In this document: positions 11,313-23,864 of the stretch, piece by piece
Layout: each line of letters opens with the position of its first letter
Numbering within the stretch: the stretch's first letter is position 1
Assembly (NCBI RefSeq): GCF_006345805.1
Contig: NW_021834822.1
Span: forward strand, 1 to 45,251
DNA: 45,251 nt
DNA from: Octopus sinensis
Lineage: Eukaryota
Direction: 5' to 3'
Notes under the pieces: generated by a model
Database searches by the model: none
The model's input: only the letters and a program-made list of their open reading frames with translations
What the model was told of the DNA's origin: nothing
Translations under genes and position numbers: made by a program

Positions 11313-11670
11313 AGGCGTGCTTGTGTGGTAAAAATCTTACTTCCCAACCACATGGGTCAGGATGCAATTCCACTACGTGAACCACGGAGCTGACCGAAGC
11401 CGTGTGTGGATTTAGGAGGTGGAAACTAAAAGAAGCGTGCCGTACATATATATATATGTTTGCGTGTGTATGTATGTATATGTGTGTATGTATGTGTGTC
11501 TCTTTGTGTCTGTGTTTGTTCCACTCCAACCACCGTTTAACAACCGGTTTTAGAGTGCTTACGTTTCTGTATCTTAGCGGTTAGGGCAAAGAAGATCGGT
11601 AAATAAGTACTGGAGTCGATACATTCAACTAAAGATTCTTGAGGGTTGTGCCCCAGTATGATTGAAGCAA
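11313..11670 (+). mobile_element. SINE family B, diverged copy
   Basis: Same head, GGAAACTAAAAGAAGC block and CTTAGCGGTT...ATAAGTACTGG 3' part. Confidence 0.75.
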
Positions 11671-12259
11671 GTAAAATATATATAAATATATATATGCATA
11701 TGTGTATAGATATATATTTATATGTGTGTATATGCATACATAAATACATATATATATAAATACAGTTGATTGTAAGATGAATAGACATTTATAAACCACG
11801 ATTCAACTCTAATACCAGCAGAGGTGATTATAAGACCAGAATTCAGTTCGATTCAGAAAGTAGTGTTATCACCTTCAACTGAATATCAACGCAGGACGCT
11901 TGTTTGAATCAGTTTACTTTGAAAACGTCGTGATTGACCCTCGATGAAATAGCAGCGACTAATATGCATAATTGCATACGGAGCAATGTGCAGTTGCTGC
12001 AGATGAAAGATATGTTGGTCAATCTTTATATATGCTATATAAGACTTTATTAACAAAAAGTTTTGGATACTAATAAATCTCCATTTTCCACTTCGTTTTC
12101 GATCATATATATATTACAGGCATCCCCCCACATACACACACTAAATAAACATAGACGCACATAGAGATATAAGCATGCGCAAATGAAGACATACAATAGA
12201 AATACAAAATGGCTGACGGTTAGTAAGGAGAGACACAAATAAGAAAGAAGAAAACAAAG

Positions 12260-12303
12260 GACCACTGATGCGGTCACAGGAGTGTGACGAAAGAACTCTG
12301 GCC
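12260..12303 (+). ncRNA. Minimal hammerhead-like motif (CUGAUGC variant)
   Basis: GACCA-CTGATGC-G-GTCACA(GGAG)TGTGAC-GAAA-GAAC-TC-TGGCC: perfect 6-bp stem II, 4/5-bp stem I, CUC triplet. Confidence 0.55.
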
Positions 12304-12477
12304 GAAATAAGATTAAGATTAATGTAAAAAATAAATAACACTGAAGCAAAATAACACCAAATATATAGTGCGTGTGTTTTCATTGGCTAAACTGGCAAAA
12401 TGACCATTCCTAAATACAACAATATCTGTTTCAACACACGATTTCACATCAAAAATCCTGCAAAACAAATATATATG

Positions 12478-12540
<63 letters not shown>

Positions 12541-13413
12541 TTGTAAGATGTTTCTTTCGATCCCTGATTGGGTGATGCGTGGTGTTCATGAAACTCTTAT
12601 ATTTTATGTTACTCCAGCACTTAGCTAACAAAAATGATTGTTCTTGCGATAGAACGTTGTCCGTTGAATGGGGAAATATACGGGCTGATGGCTCGGGAAA
12701 AGATATTTGTTCAGCTATTTTGTATATATGTATAAAAATAAGATTGTGGGTGTGTGCACACATACACACATTATCATCCTGATTGATGCAACACAACTAG
12801 ATGCACAATACCTTACCCTCTTGGCACTGATGCAGGATGGGTCGAAGCGGTCGTCGTGCTGAATAGAGATTCGTACTAAATCCATCATCCGTTTCTTTTA
12901 TACACACACATACAGCAACACACAGTTCTATCTCTTAATACTACATCGATTGTAATTGCTGTTTACAGGGCGCTGTTATGTGTAATCATAAACAACATAT
13001 ACATATATGATAGGACTTACCATTGCGAATATTGGAGTATGTAGAACCCTCATAATTCATGCAAGTTCAGCGGACTATAAAATATAAAGATTGCCATTTG
13101 GGTTGATACTGCTTCCGTCGCCTGGCAACTATTTGCAACATCAGTGAATGAAAAAAAACTTTAACAGTTAGTCTACATATCGTTGGCAGTGAGATTTGGC
13201 TTATATATGGCAACGGAACGCCCACCACGGAAGAAGTGGATGACGTTGAAGCCACGTGACCTGTCAGTTCTGGCGCTCATGGCAGATGATTCTCATCTGC
13301 TACGATATATGTTTGTGCTCTTAGCTCCATGCATCTGTATGAGAGGAAGTCCAAAGGCGAATACCGCAATATCTGGTGTTCTGGTAATATATCCACGTTT
13401 TGTAGTATATAAA

Positions 13414-13532
13414 GCCGGTATGCATGTGCGACTGCTGGTCTTCTATAATCAAACTTGCCCGCACATGTGCCTGAGGGGGTAACTTGCTAGGTGCAATCCC
13501 ATGGCCAGTCATGACCGAAGGGGGTCTCAGCA
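13414..13532 (+). mobile_element. 5'-truncated SINE (family D 3' end) with 12-bp TSD
   Basis: Ends AGGTGCAATCCCATGGCCAGTCATGACCGAAGGGGGTCT like 24141-24451; flanked by GTAGTATATAAA at 13402-13413 and 13533-13544. Confidence 0.8.
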
Positions 13533-13592
13533 GTAGTATATAAATATTGCCATTCGGTATTAATATGCTTCCTTCGCTAATATATGTATGTG

Positions 13593-13643
<51 letters not shown>

Positions 13644-13800
13644 TAAGTTGAATACGGAAGGATGACTTCCCTTGCAAATACTGACAGGACACAGAAAGTG
13701 TGTCTATGGCCAGCTGGAGGAGTGTCCTCCTGGGGCTAAAAACTACAGTAGCATCCACCCTTAGGGGTTAGCCATATTGAAATGGCAAAAATACGTCACG

Positions 13801-13844
<44 letters not shown>

Positions 13845-14677
13845 GTATGTATGCATAAATACATATATGCATGTATACATTTACACACACACTCACACAC
13901 AGGCACACACTCGCACATACGCACATATATCATAAATAGGAACAGCATAAACAATGATAATGGTAAATGCTTGTTTTTTGCTTTCGGTGAAAAAACTTAC
14001 TAACATAAACCCAAAGAATTAAATGTTAAAATTATTCGGACGGCTGTTGAAGAACGTAAAAATTTCCAAACAGGTTTGAAACGAAAAAAAAAAAAAAATC
14101 ATAATAACAAAAAAAAAAACAAACAAACAAACAAACAAAAAGTCATGGTAAATCATAAAAAAAAGTGGCTAGTAAAATATGAAGTCGTAAATGAAGGTAT
14201 TAAACTCGTGAAAAAATCAACTGAATAACCTATTGACCAGAGTCCAAAAATGAGAGAGCATCTATATCACCTTGGCAACAACAAGAGCTAATATCAATGA
14301 AATACAATCAACTGGAACATGGCAATCAAAATCACTCACAATACTCCAATACACGTTCACAGTCTCTCATCACAAATGTCTGGTGTCAGGATTTTGGAAA
14401 ACTTTTTTCTCAGCTTTTTTGGCTTTTGTTTACCCCAATTTATTCCGAGTTATTTATTGTTACAGCTGTCATTGTTGTTGTTACTGTTGTAGTCGTTTTT
14501 GTTGTTGTTGTTGTTGTTGTTATTATTTTTTTTTTTCTTCTTTCAAATTTACTTTCATTTCTTGCCGAGTGTCTTCCCGACTCCTAGGGCAAAGAAACTC
14601 ATAGTATACATTGGTAGGCCATTAAACTAAACTCAATACTTCGTTCATTTAAAAAAAAACATTTTTTTAAAGTTAAA

Positions 14678-14736
14678 TTAAAATACATGGGTAGTAATAG
14701 TTCTTTAAAATACATGGGTAGTAATAGTTCTTTAAA

Positions 14737-14738
<2 letters not shown>
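14678..14738. repeat. 27-bp perfect tandem duplication
   Basis: TTAAAATACATGGGTAGTAATAGTTCT twice plus a partial copy. Confidence 0.9.
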
Positions 14739-14775
<37 letters not shown>

Positions 14776-14838
14776 ATTATTAATATTATTATTATTATTA
14801 TTATTATTATCATTATTATTGTTGATGTTGTTGTTGTT

Positions 14839-15055
14839 AAGGCGGCGAGCTGGCAGAATCGTTAACATACTCGACTAAATGCTTAGCGCTATTTCGTCCG
14901 TCGCTACGTTCTGGGTTCAAATTCCGCCGAGGTCGACTTTCCTTTCATTCTTTCGGGGTCGATAAATTAAGTACCAGTCAAGTACTGGGGTCGATGTAAT
15001 CGACTTAATGCCTTCCCCGAAATTTGAGGACTTGTGTTTCCAATAGAAAGGATTA
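14839..15055 (+). mobile_element. SINE family A
   Basis: AAGGCGGCGAGCTGGCAGAATCGTTA head and GTCGACTTT..TTTCGGGGTCGATAAATTAAGTACCAG core; lies between (TTA)n runs. Confidence 0.9.
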
Positions 15056-15074
15056 TTATTAATTTTATTATCAT

Positions 15075-15449
15075 TCAGTAGTTTTATTTTTATAACGTAC
15101 TTTCACTTCACTACCGAGCGCAGCTCTGTGTGCCTTGGGTATGTGCTGTGATTTGTTGTGATGCTCTGATAGTTACTGTGTTGAAAGTGTTCTGCGTAGG
15201 ATGTGTGCAGTGCCTAGTAGTGCAATTTTCTGTATGTTATATGTGTTTGTAAGTCCTGGTGTTTTTGTTATGTATTTGTCTGAATATTTTTTTATCATGC
15301 CTAATGCACCTACTATGATAGGAATTGTTTCTGTTTTTAGATTCCACATTCTAGATACCTCTATTTCCAGGTCTTTGTATTTTGAAAGTGTCTCCATTTC
15401 TTTTAGAGACACGTTGTCATCTGCTGGTATTGATACATCAATTAGAAAG

Positions 15450-15450
<1 letters not shown>
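15075..15450 (-). mobile_element. 5'-truncated R4/Dong-type non-LTR retrotransposon (RLE C-terminus and 3' UTR) in (TAA)n
   Basis: Open frame CFLIDVSIPADDNVSLKEMETLSKYKDLEIEVSRMWNLKTETIPIIVGALG...IQKIALLGTAHILRRTL; both junctions abut TAA-type repeats. Confidence 0.88.
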
Positions 15451-15497
<47 letters not shown>

Positions 15498-15519
15498 AAT
15501 AATTTTTATTATCATCATC

Positions 15520-15561
<42 letters not shown>

Positions 15562-15570
15562 GTCATTATT

Positions 15571-15920
15571 TAGGTTGTGAGCTGACAGAATCTTTACTAC
15601 GTCGGACAAAATGTTTTGTGGCATTTCGTCCGTATTTACCTCATGATTCCAAATTCCGCCGGGGGCCATTTTATCCTTCATCATTTCTGGGTCAATAAAG
15701 TAAGTACCACTTAAGCACCAGGGCCTATGTAATTACCTTAACCTCCCTCCCAAAATTGCTGGCATTGTGCCAAAATTTGAAACCATCATTATTCTTAAGG
15801 CTGTGAGCTGGTACAATCATTAGCACGCCTGACAAAATACTTACGGCATGTACTGGGGTTGATGTAACCGACTAGAGTCAAGCCGCCAAAACGTTAGTCC
15901 TTGCATCTATAACAGAAAGG
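15571..15920 (+). mobile_element. Two diverged SINE family A copies
   Basis: GTGAGCTG heads at ~15577 and ~15803 with partial cores. Confidence 0.65.
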
Positions 15921-16825
15921 ATAATCGTGTCTATGGTGATGAAGTTAATGATGAATATAAGCGTGACAATCATGATATTGATGGCGATGATGATGGTAAT
16001 ACTGATGTTGATGAAGATGCTGTTGATGATATGATGATGATGATGATGATGACAATGGTAGTGGTGGCGGAGGTGGTGTTATCATGATCTCTACCGACAA
16101 TATTTCCCACCTTTTTCCGTAATCTTTTTTCTTCCTTTAAAACTTTATTTTGTTTTGTTTTCCCTTGTTATCATTGCACTTTCACTTCCTGTTTTACTAC
16201 GACTTGCATTTTCCTCCCCCCCTTCCCCTCCTTCTCCTTCTCCTCCTCCCCTCCTTCTCCTCCTCTTCCTTCTTCCCCTTCTACTCCTTCTACTCCTTTT
16301 CCTCCAGCTTTGTTTTACTTCTTGGGTCTAAGTTCTATTATACGTTTTATTGTCGAACTTGGCGTGTTGTTGTTATTGTTCATGTTGTTAGTATGTGTGC
16401 AAATGCTTCTCTTGAAGAGTTCAACATTAACGACGTGGCAATGAAAAGACAGAAGTAATAAAAAAAAACAAAATAAAAGAAAAATAAATCTTTAGAAATA
16501 TAGAAGACCTCTCTCACCTCACCAAACAACAGACTGCGCCATTTGTAGGATACACAAGAAGAACGATGCCAAGAAAATAAAGCAAAATTTTACCTTCAAA
16601 TATCTAGCATTGTCAGCTTGTTGAATAACAAAATACTCATAGTTTAAGACATCACTGACATTTGACCTGTGGCAAAATTAAAGAAATATTATTGTTCTCT
16701 CTGTTGTTGTTATGACTGTTGCTAGGTTGAATATATCTCTGGCCGAGAAGACTTTAGCATGAAAGCTAACTCAGCTGTGCTTATCTCGTCTTTGTTTCAA
16801 CAATGATGTGTGTATATATATATAT

Positions 16826-17240
16826 ATTTCTTTACTACCTACAAGGGGCTAAACACAGAGGGGACAAACAAGGACAGACAAACGGATTAAGACGATTACA
16901 TCGACCCCAGTACGTAACTGGTACTTTATTTATCGACCCCGAAAGGATGAAAGGCAAATTCGACCTCGGCAGAATTTGAACTCAGAACGTAGCGGCAGAC
17001 GAAATACCTATTTCTTTATTACCCACAAGGGGCTAAACATAGAGGGGACAAACAAGGACAGACATAGGTATTGAGTCGATTACATCGACCCCAGTGCGTA
17101 ACTAGTACTTAATTTATCGACCCCGAAAGGATGAAAGGCAAATTCGACCTCGGCGGAATTCGAACTCACAACGTAACGCAGACAAAATACTGCTAAGCAT
17201 TTCACTCGGCGTGTTAACGATTCTGCCAGCTCGCCACCTT
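16826..17240 (-). mobile_element. SINE family A, head-to-tail dimer
   Basis: Full copy 17009-17240 plus a headless second body with the same tail at 16826-17008. Confidence 0.92.
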
Positions 17241-17589
17241 TGATGTGTATATATATAGGCGTAGTTATGGGCGTTCGCTCCACAATTATGTGATTTCGTG
17301 TTCGTTTCCCGCTGCCTTATCGCACTGGGCCGACCACTTCCTTGTGAGCAAATTTAGTAGAGCAAATTGTGTGGAACCTCATCGTGTACACACACACACA
17401 CATACACACACGCTCTCACGCAGAAGCTGCGCACGCACAGATGTGCATGTAGACAAACAGACGCGCGTGTACATACAGAGGCACGTGCAAAAACACAGAT
17501 ACGCGTGCACACACACATACACGCAGACGCACGCTCTCTCTCTCTCTCTCTGACACATACACCCAAGCACTCACATATGTGTGCGTAAT

Positions 17590-17790
17590 TTTGTTTCTAG
17601 CTCTAACCCACTGTTTGACAACCGGGGTTGGTTTGCTTACCTTTCCTGTAACCTTGCCGTTCGACAAAAGAGAGCGATAGAATAAGTATCCAACTTTTAA
17701 AAAAATGAGGAAAGACGAATGATCAATTAAACACTTTAAGGTCGTGCTCCAGCATGACTGCAGTCAAATGACTGAGACAAATAAAATGTA
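17590..17790 (+). mobile_element. SINE family B 3' part, diverged
   Basis: TTGACAACCG...GATAGAATAAGTA...GTGCTCCAGCATGACTGCAGTCAAATGACTGA. Confidence 0.75.
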
Positions 17791-19440
17791 AATGACAATA
17801 TATTTCAGAAGTTTGTAATATGAAAGAGAGCTCTATTTGGCTGTTATTTCTGGTTGACAGACTCTCATAGAGAAATTGAAAAATCTGATTGTACACTTGT
17901 TATTCACACCTTTCTCGATGCTACCAGTAACAATTACAGTTAATATTGAAACAAGACTTTTGTTAATGTAACTATACACTGGCCTGTCCTTAAAATTGAC
18001 AAGTTTAATGTTTTACGTAATTCTTCAGATGTCCAACCAGATACCTGAATATACGAGAGTATATCTATATCAATTTTGGAAAGGCAGAGTGTTATTTATA
18101 TATTTCTGTCTAATAGCTAGACTGTGATACACAAGGAAGACAAGTAAAATCATTCTGGCATTTATCCAGTTTTACGCTGATCGCTATTCAATGGGATTAT
18201 GCTGAACGGCTTCATAATACGGAATATAAGTGACCAAACAGTCACTCAGATCTGTTCGGATTATCCTAAACCCTACGTTTGCTTTATCAATATGATACCT
18301 AACGTTTCAAAGTGTCTGTAAAATGCTCTGCGGTATTCATTTCGGATTTTACGTTCTGAGATCAAATCCTGTCGGGTGCAATTTAACAAAGTACTAGTCC
18401 AAATAATGTACTAATCAAGATACGGAGGTGAGGGTATTGACTAACCCTTTCATTCAAAATTACTGGTCTTGTGTTTAAATCAGAAATCATTATTATTAAT
18501 ATTCAGTATCGAAAGAGTGACAGACAAGATAGCATGCAATATTCTTTCCGGCTTTTTACGTTCTGAGTTCAAATTCCAACCAAGTCAAGTTTACCTTTTT
18601 ACCCTACGAGACCGATAAAATAAAGTACCAGCCAAATTCTAAGGTAAATGATATCGAGTAATCCCATCTCATCAAAACTGATGCCCTTGTGTTTAATTTT
18701 ATGAATAATATTTTTCCTTCGATTTCGCTTCCTTTAACAATCCCAGACACGCGTCAGCTACATGCCTAGAACAGATATTGCCATGTAATGGTGGCTTTCG
18801 CAGCCTAATGTCGCTATAAACAAGTATGATGTTAATCTAGAATCAATATATAAAGATATTGATTTCAGATTAATATAAAGATATTAAATTACATAAGTTA
18901 GAAAACGGGATATACATACATACATACATACACACATACATATTATAGAAGGGAATTCAGTATTAATTATTCGGTATTACAATTACAAAAATTTATCATT
19001 CAACCACGGTAGTTTTTGAATATATTCTTAAGTCCACCATTTCGTCAATCGCAGCAGCTTCTAAGCTTCACCGCTAATTCAGTTCTCAACTAAATTGCAA
19101 ACTGTTAATAGTTTTAAAGAGGACACTTTGGTATAAATAGTTTGAGAATTTGTTAAGTAGAAAAAGTTACATCAAAATATCTGCGACCTCAAGGGGACAG
19201 TAAGGCAGATATTCATCTTCAACTAAAATAAATTTTTAAATTTAAAATTGAAAGTATACTTTTCTTAGGCTTAAATGATAGAAAAAAACGCATGAAGATT
19301 TCGGAATCGTTAGATGCATTGAACAAAAGTTAGTAGAAAAACAGTTACGAGGTAAAATGCTACGAAATTTAATGTCAGTAAGTGAGGAAGTAAGAAGTAA
19401 CACCCAAGCAATAAGAATAAAGAATATATTTCTAAAATGA

Positions 19441-19763
19441 ATGTTTTCATTCTAAGGCGGCGACCTTGCAGGAACGTTAGCTGGCCGGGCGAACTGGTTA
19501 GGAGTATTACGTTTCGAGTTCAAATTTCGCCGAGGTCGACTTTGACGTACAGATTTTTTAACTAAACACTTTCAAACTTCCGATATTGGTAGAATGGGTC
19601 ACATAGAACAGGGTTTACTCTTAACGTTTTTCACAAAATTTTGTACTTTAGAAGTGTAATATGTTTTCATTCTAAGGCGGCAAGCTTGCAGGAACGTTAG
19701 CTGGCCGGGCGAAATGTTTAGGAGTATTACGTTTCGAGTTCAAATTTCGCCGAGGTCGACTTT
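19441..19763 (+). repeat. 103-bp direct duplication (flank plus SINE A head) around a 117-bp insert
   Basis: 19441-19543 vs 19661-19763: 4 mismatches, same flank and same internal deletion in the SINE. Confidence 0.9.
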
Positions 19764-20164
19764 TCCAGGTCTATAATCTTAAGAATATTACTTCTCATGC
19801 TCGCATTTTTCCATGTAATATAAATATGTGAGCCGTACTGCTGAGGACGAACTTTTTTAAAACTTCATAAATGTTGGATTTACCTGAAATGTTTGCATGA
19901 AACACATCTTTCTTAATGACAGAGTGTGCCAATCAAAATTGGGGTTGTTTGTTTCTTTAATTTCCACATAATGCTAATTTCGATTTCTAGACTTTTCTAC
20001 GTCGCAAATTTGTCGTACAATTTTAGCAGATAATTTTTTCTCAGATTCTATGATCATATCAATGAATTGGAATGTTTTATTATTAAAACCATTAATGATA
20101 ATAGTTGATCGATTGATTTGTTTACAAAGTGATTTAATTTGAAACCATAAATTAAAATAGAAGA

Positions 20165-20602
20165 AAGGCACAAGTGAGGCTGTGTAGTAAGAAGTTTGCT
20201 CCCTAATCACACGGTTCTGAGTTCAGTCCCATTGCGTGGCACCTTGGGAAAGTGTTTTCCACTATAGCCTCGGGTTGACCAAAGTCTTGTCAGTGGATTT
20301 TATAAAGAGAAACTGAAAGAAGCCCGTCGTATATATATATGTGCGTTTGTGTATTTGTGTGTGTATGTGTGTTTGTATATTTCTGTCTGTGTTTGACTCC
20401 CATCAAAACTTGACAATCAGTTTTGGTGTATTCACTTCCTCATAAGTTAGCGGTTCGTCAAAAGAAACCGATAAAATAAGTACCATGTTTTTTAAAAATA
20501 TACTGGCTCGATTAATTCATTCGATGAAAAATTCTTCAAATTGGTGCTCCAGCATGGCCGCAGTCTGACTACTGAAACAAATGAAGGATAAAAGATAAAA
20601 GA
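20165..20602 (+). mobile_element. SINE family B, near full length
   Basis: GCTGTGTAGTAAGAAG head, CACCTTGGGAAAGTGT CORE-like block, (AAAGAT)n tail. Confidence 0.88.
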
Positions 20603-20649
20603 TACTATTGATACATTATGGAAGAGCCATAGTAGTTATTTAATAGCTC

Positions 20650-21830
20650 AAAGCAGAATTGTATCACTGACCAGGTTGAAGTGGAGCGTCGAAAATATTA
20701 GCACCTGATGAAATAAATTTAAATATTAAGTGATATTTAACAGCATCACGTGCTATTAAATAGCCATAATATATCTTCGACGTTGTAATTGTTCCTCCAA
20801 TATGTACTTTTATTATTTCCCAACTCGACACAACTTTCTTCTCTTTTAGTGTCTTTGATTGCATGAAGAGGAAAAACTACTGCTTTACTATTGCTTGGCA
20901 TACTGATATCAGAGGCAGTTTCCTTTTATTTTTTTCTAGATTGGTTTATGATTCCACAAGAGAGATTTTATACCAAATTCGCATACGAAGATAATTTTGA
21001 GTTCTACTATTACAAGCGGAACTCTTCTTCCGAGAAATGAACTTATTTCTCTAAATGTATATTTTAAACTCTGATATCAATGGTTTCTAATCATCTTGAA
21101 TTTTATAGTTTTATAATAGCTGTATAATTGCAGAAAATCCACACCCACTGAATTCGTAGTAACATATAATCTTCCCAAATCTGCTTCCGGCTTGTGTATT
21201 CTTAATTTCGTCATTATTTTCCGTTTATCTCTCTCTATATAAACGGCAGTTTGTCTGTGCGTGTTTCTGTGTGTCTGTTTGCTTGTACCCTCACCCTGAC
21301 CACGGCTTTCAACCGATTCTGATGAAACTTGACACACACATAGCCCAATGTCATAATTCAAAACTAACGCAGCAAAAATTTTGAAAAGTTCCCCCAGTTC
21401 TGAAAAGAATCGATAAATTCGACATGGGGTCGAGAATCAGGAACTCAAACCACAAACTGTGTAGGGGACGCAACTCCACCTTTTTTAACTATCAAAAAAA
21501 AATTTACCATAATTTTTTTCCATTTTTTTGCTATTTTTTGGCTATAACTCTCTAAAAATGCTTTATAGTTATTTCCCTTACAAACCTGAGCAACGCCGGG
21601 CGATACTGCTAGTGTATAATATAATATTGCTAATTTACGCAGCTTGTTGAAAATGTAATTATAATTTATTGCTGAAATCGTATGTTCAGAACTTATTATC
21701 TTATATATTCTTGCTTTTAATTCGGTAATTCTGAAGTGACAGTTAATGTGTGTATATTTCTTTCTAAACTCTTCTCTTGTTTATATATGTACATTAATAT
21801 ATAAGTATTTGCAATTTGATTTTATACAGT
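20650..21830 (-). mobile_element. Highly degenerate R4/Dong-type RT remnant, interrupted by a Helitron
   Basis: KLRIHKPEADLGRLYVTTNSVGVDFLQLYSYYKT (~21100-21215) resembles the HHPKADVDRLY...GGRGLLQLE motif. Outer boundaries are uncertain. Confidence 0.45.
21228..21612 (+). mobile_element. Non-autonomous Helitron, 385 bp
   Basis: A|TC 5' end, TCTG-type microrepeat, ACGGCT..ACCGATTCTGATGAAACTTG block, subterminal hairpin-like CCTGAGCAACGCCGGG (21585-21600), CTAG|T 3' end, no TSD. Confidence 0.85.
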
Positions 21831-21844
21831 ATCAGTAATATTGC

Positions 21845-21865
21845 CCCTTCTCCTCCTCCTCCTCC

Positions 21866-21904
<39 letters not shown>

Positions 21905-21972
21905 ACAACAACAACAACAAAAACAACAACAACAATAATAATAATAATAATTATTATTATTATTATTATAAC
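21845..21972. repeat. Compound trinucleotide microsatellite (CCT)(CAT)(CAA)(TAA)(TTA)
   Basis: Serial trinucleotide runs. Confidence 0.92.
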
Positions 21973-21974
21973 AG

Positions 21975-22190
21975 TAGTTTCAAATTTTGGTACAGGGTCA
22001 TCAATTTCGAGGGAGGGCCCTGGTGCTCAACATCAGCCCCTGTGCTCAGCTAGTACGTATTCTATCAATCCCGAAAGGATAAAGGACAAAGTCGACCTCG
22101 GCGGAATTTGAGATCAGGACGTTAAGACGAGAGAAATATCGCAAAACATTTTTCCAGCGGGCTTACGATACGGCCAGCTATCCGTCTTAA
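21975..22190 (-). mobile_element. SINE family A, diverged
   Basis: CCCGAAAGGATAAAGGACAAAGTCGACCTCGGCGGAATTTGA on the plus strand. Confidence 0.8.
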
Positions 22191-22606
22191 GAACACCACT
22201 AATATTAATTATGATTATGATTATAATTATAATAATAATAACAACAATTTTTACTATTATACCTAGTTTTATTCAATCTTATGGAACCAATTAATTTTTT
22301 CAGCCCGATGCTTATTTTAGCGGTATATGAATGTCGAACCGCTAGGTTACAATACACGGAAGTTTACAGCATATACCATAACAGAACTACAAGAAAACAT
22401 GCACACAAATGAACTCATTCTTTCCTTCACTTTCTTCTCCTAATTATCGCTTCCGACTCCTCCTCCCGATCCTTCTTTCTTTATATTTTTAGATTAATCT
22501 TCCCGTGATTTTTCCATTGTCAAAGTCTCATCTTCCTTTTATTATAAGTCTGGATTAATGATATTTAACAGAAGCAGACAGAAGGAAGGAGAGAAAAATA
22601 GAAATA

Positions 22607-22816
22607 CGGTAATACCTCGCCATATCGCGGTTTGTTATTTAAGCTTATGTCGATTCCTCCGTGGTGTTGTTATGCGTTTATATTAAAATAAATATATACA
22701 AATTATAAAAATAATTAAAAATATAGAGTACAGTACTGTTTCTACTTCGCGGATTTTCATCTATCGCGGGGTTTTTTTTTTTTGAACGAACATCCGCGAT
22801 AATCGAGGGATTAACG
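22607..22816 (-). mobile_element. Tigger/pogo-like MITE abutting the mariner fragment
   Basis: TA-flanked; imperfect TIRs CGGTAATACCTCGCCATATCGCGG / CCGCGATAATCGAGGGATTAACG; related to 10669-11050. Confidence 0.75.
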
Positions 22817-23366
22817 TAGCTCATTGATTTTTGTTGTTACTTAAAGCATGCGGAACCCATGTTCCATACTTCTGAAACTTTCCCATCGAATGAAGATGCT
22901 TCTTTATAGCAGTGTGGGAGCATTCCATTTTCTCTGCCAGTTCCCTTGTCGTTTGACGAGAATTTTCGTGCAAAAGTTGGTTTAATTGCTCTTCATCGAG
23001 CTCAACTGGATGGCCAGAACGAGGTGCGTCTTTGAGGTCAACATTTCCATTTTTGAACTTGGCATACCAATCACGAGCGGTTCTTTCAGCTAAGTCACCC
23101 TATCCATACACAGCACAAAATCCGCGAGCAGCTTTTGCGGCCTTAGAACCTTGAATAAAAGCAAAAAGAAAGAGGTGTTGAAAATGCTCGTTTTTCTTAA
23201 CTTGACATTCCATTTTAATGATCTGAGAATAAACAAAAATTAGCTAAAATTAACTAGAAAAACAAAACAAAAACAAAATAGACTTCAAAATGATTCAAAA
23301 ATAGAATTCTCGAAAAAAATAGATTCCAAAATTTAAAAAAACACGGGAACTTAGTTGCAAACCCAA
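22817..23366 (-). mobile_element. 5' half of a second mariner family (TIR plus N-terminal transposase with stops)
   Basis: TIR TTGGGTTTGCAACTAAGTTCCCG with TA at 23367-23368; ATG at 23213 gives MECQVKKNEHFQH...DAPRSGHP...TTRELAEKM...GTWVPHAL. Confidence 0.9.
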
Positions 23367-23864
23367 TAGTTTGTCAAATGTGAGTCGGCAGAGTGGATTG
23401 TCAACTTTCTGTAAGTAAATCTACTTCACAATGCATTTTGAAGTAACTATATTTCGTACGTTTGAAACAGTCCAATGCATAGAAATAAATGATATAACAT
23501 ATGATAGATAATGTAATGCAATGTAACCTAGTACAGACAACATGAGGAATAATGCTTTGTGTTTGCTTAATCATTCGTTGAACAGAGTGGCGCAGTTGAA
23601 GTGTACTGGGTCCTGAATTCAGTGATCTCTAGCTGAAAATCTACGCACTGCGAAGATATGGATACTATTTTTGATATCTATACATCGCAGCTGTGTTGTC
23701 TACAAATGTGCGAACCCCATTCTTGTATATATACCTACAGAGAAGACAAATTAATTTTATGTAATAGAAATTTATACCAAAATAAGGATCACCTACCTAG
23801 CGGGGTACATCTAACCTCAAGTAGCGTAGCGGACATAGACAATAACAAGAATTTTCGCTTACTA

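Noticed and set aside
13100-13400. 99-aa ORF (13183-13482) in non-repetitive-looking sequence
   Set aside because: It runs into a SINE fragment and has no clear domain; more likely an old LINE remnant.
14040-14085. CTGTTGA...GAAACG hammerhead-like string (similar partial strings near 570, 21318, 27670 and 28488)
   Set aside because: No NUH triplet with a matching stem I, or no stem II.
18900-20160. Faint PLE-like peptide fragments here and at 31400-32150 and 39400-40100
   Set aside because: Too degenerate to assign by eye; a translated profile search is needed.
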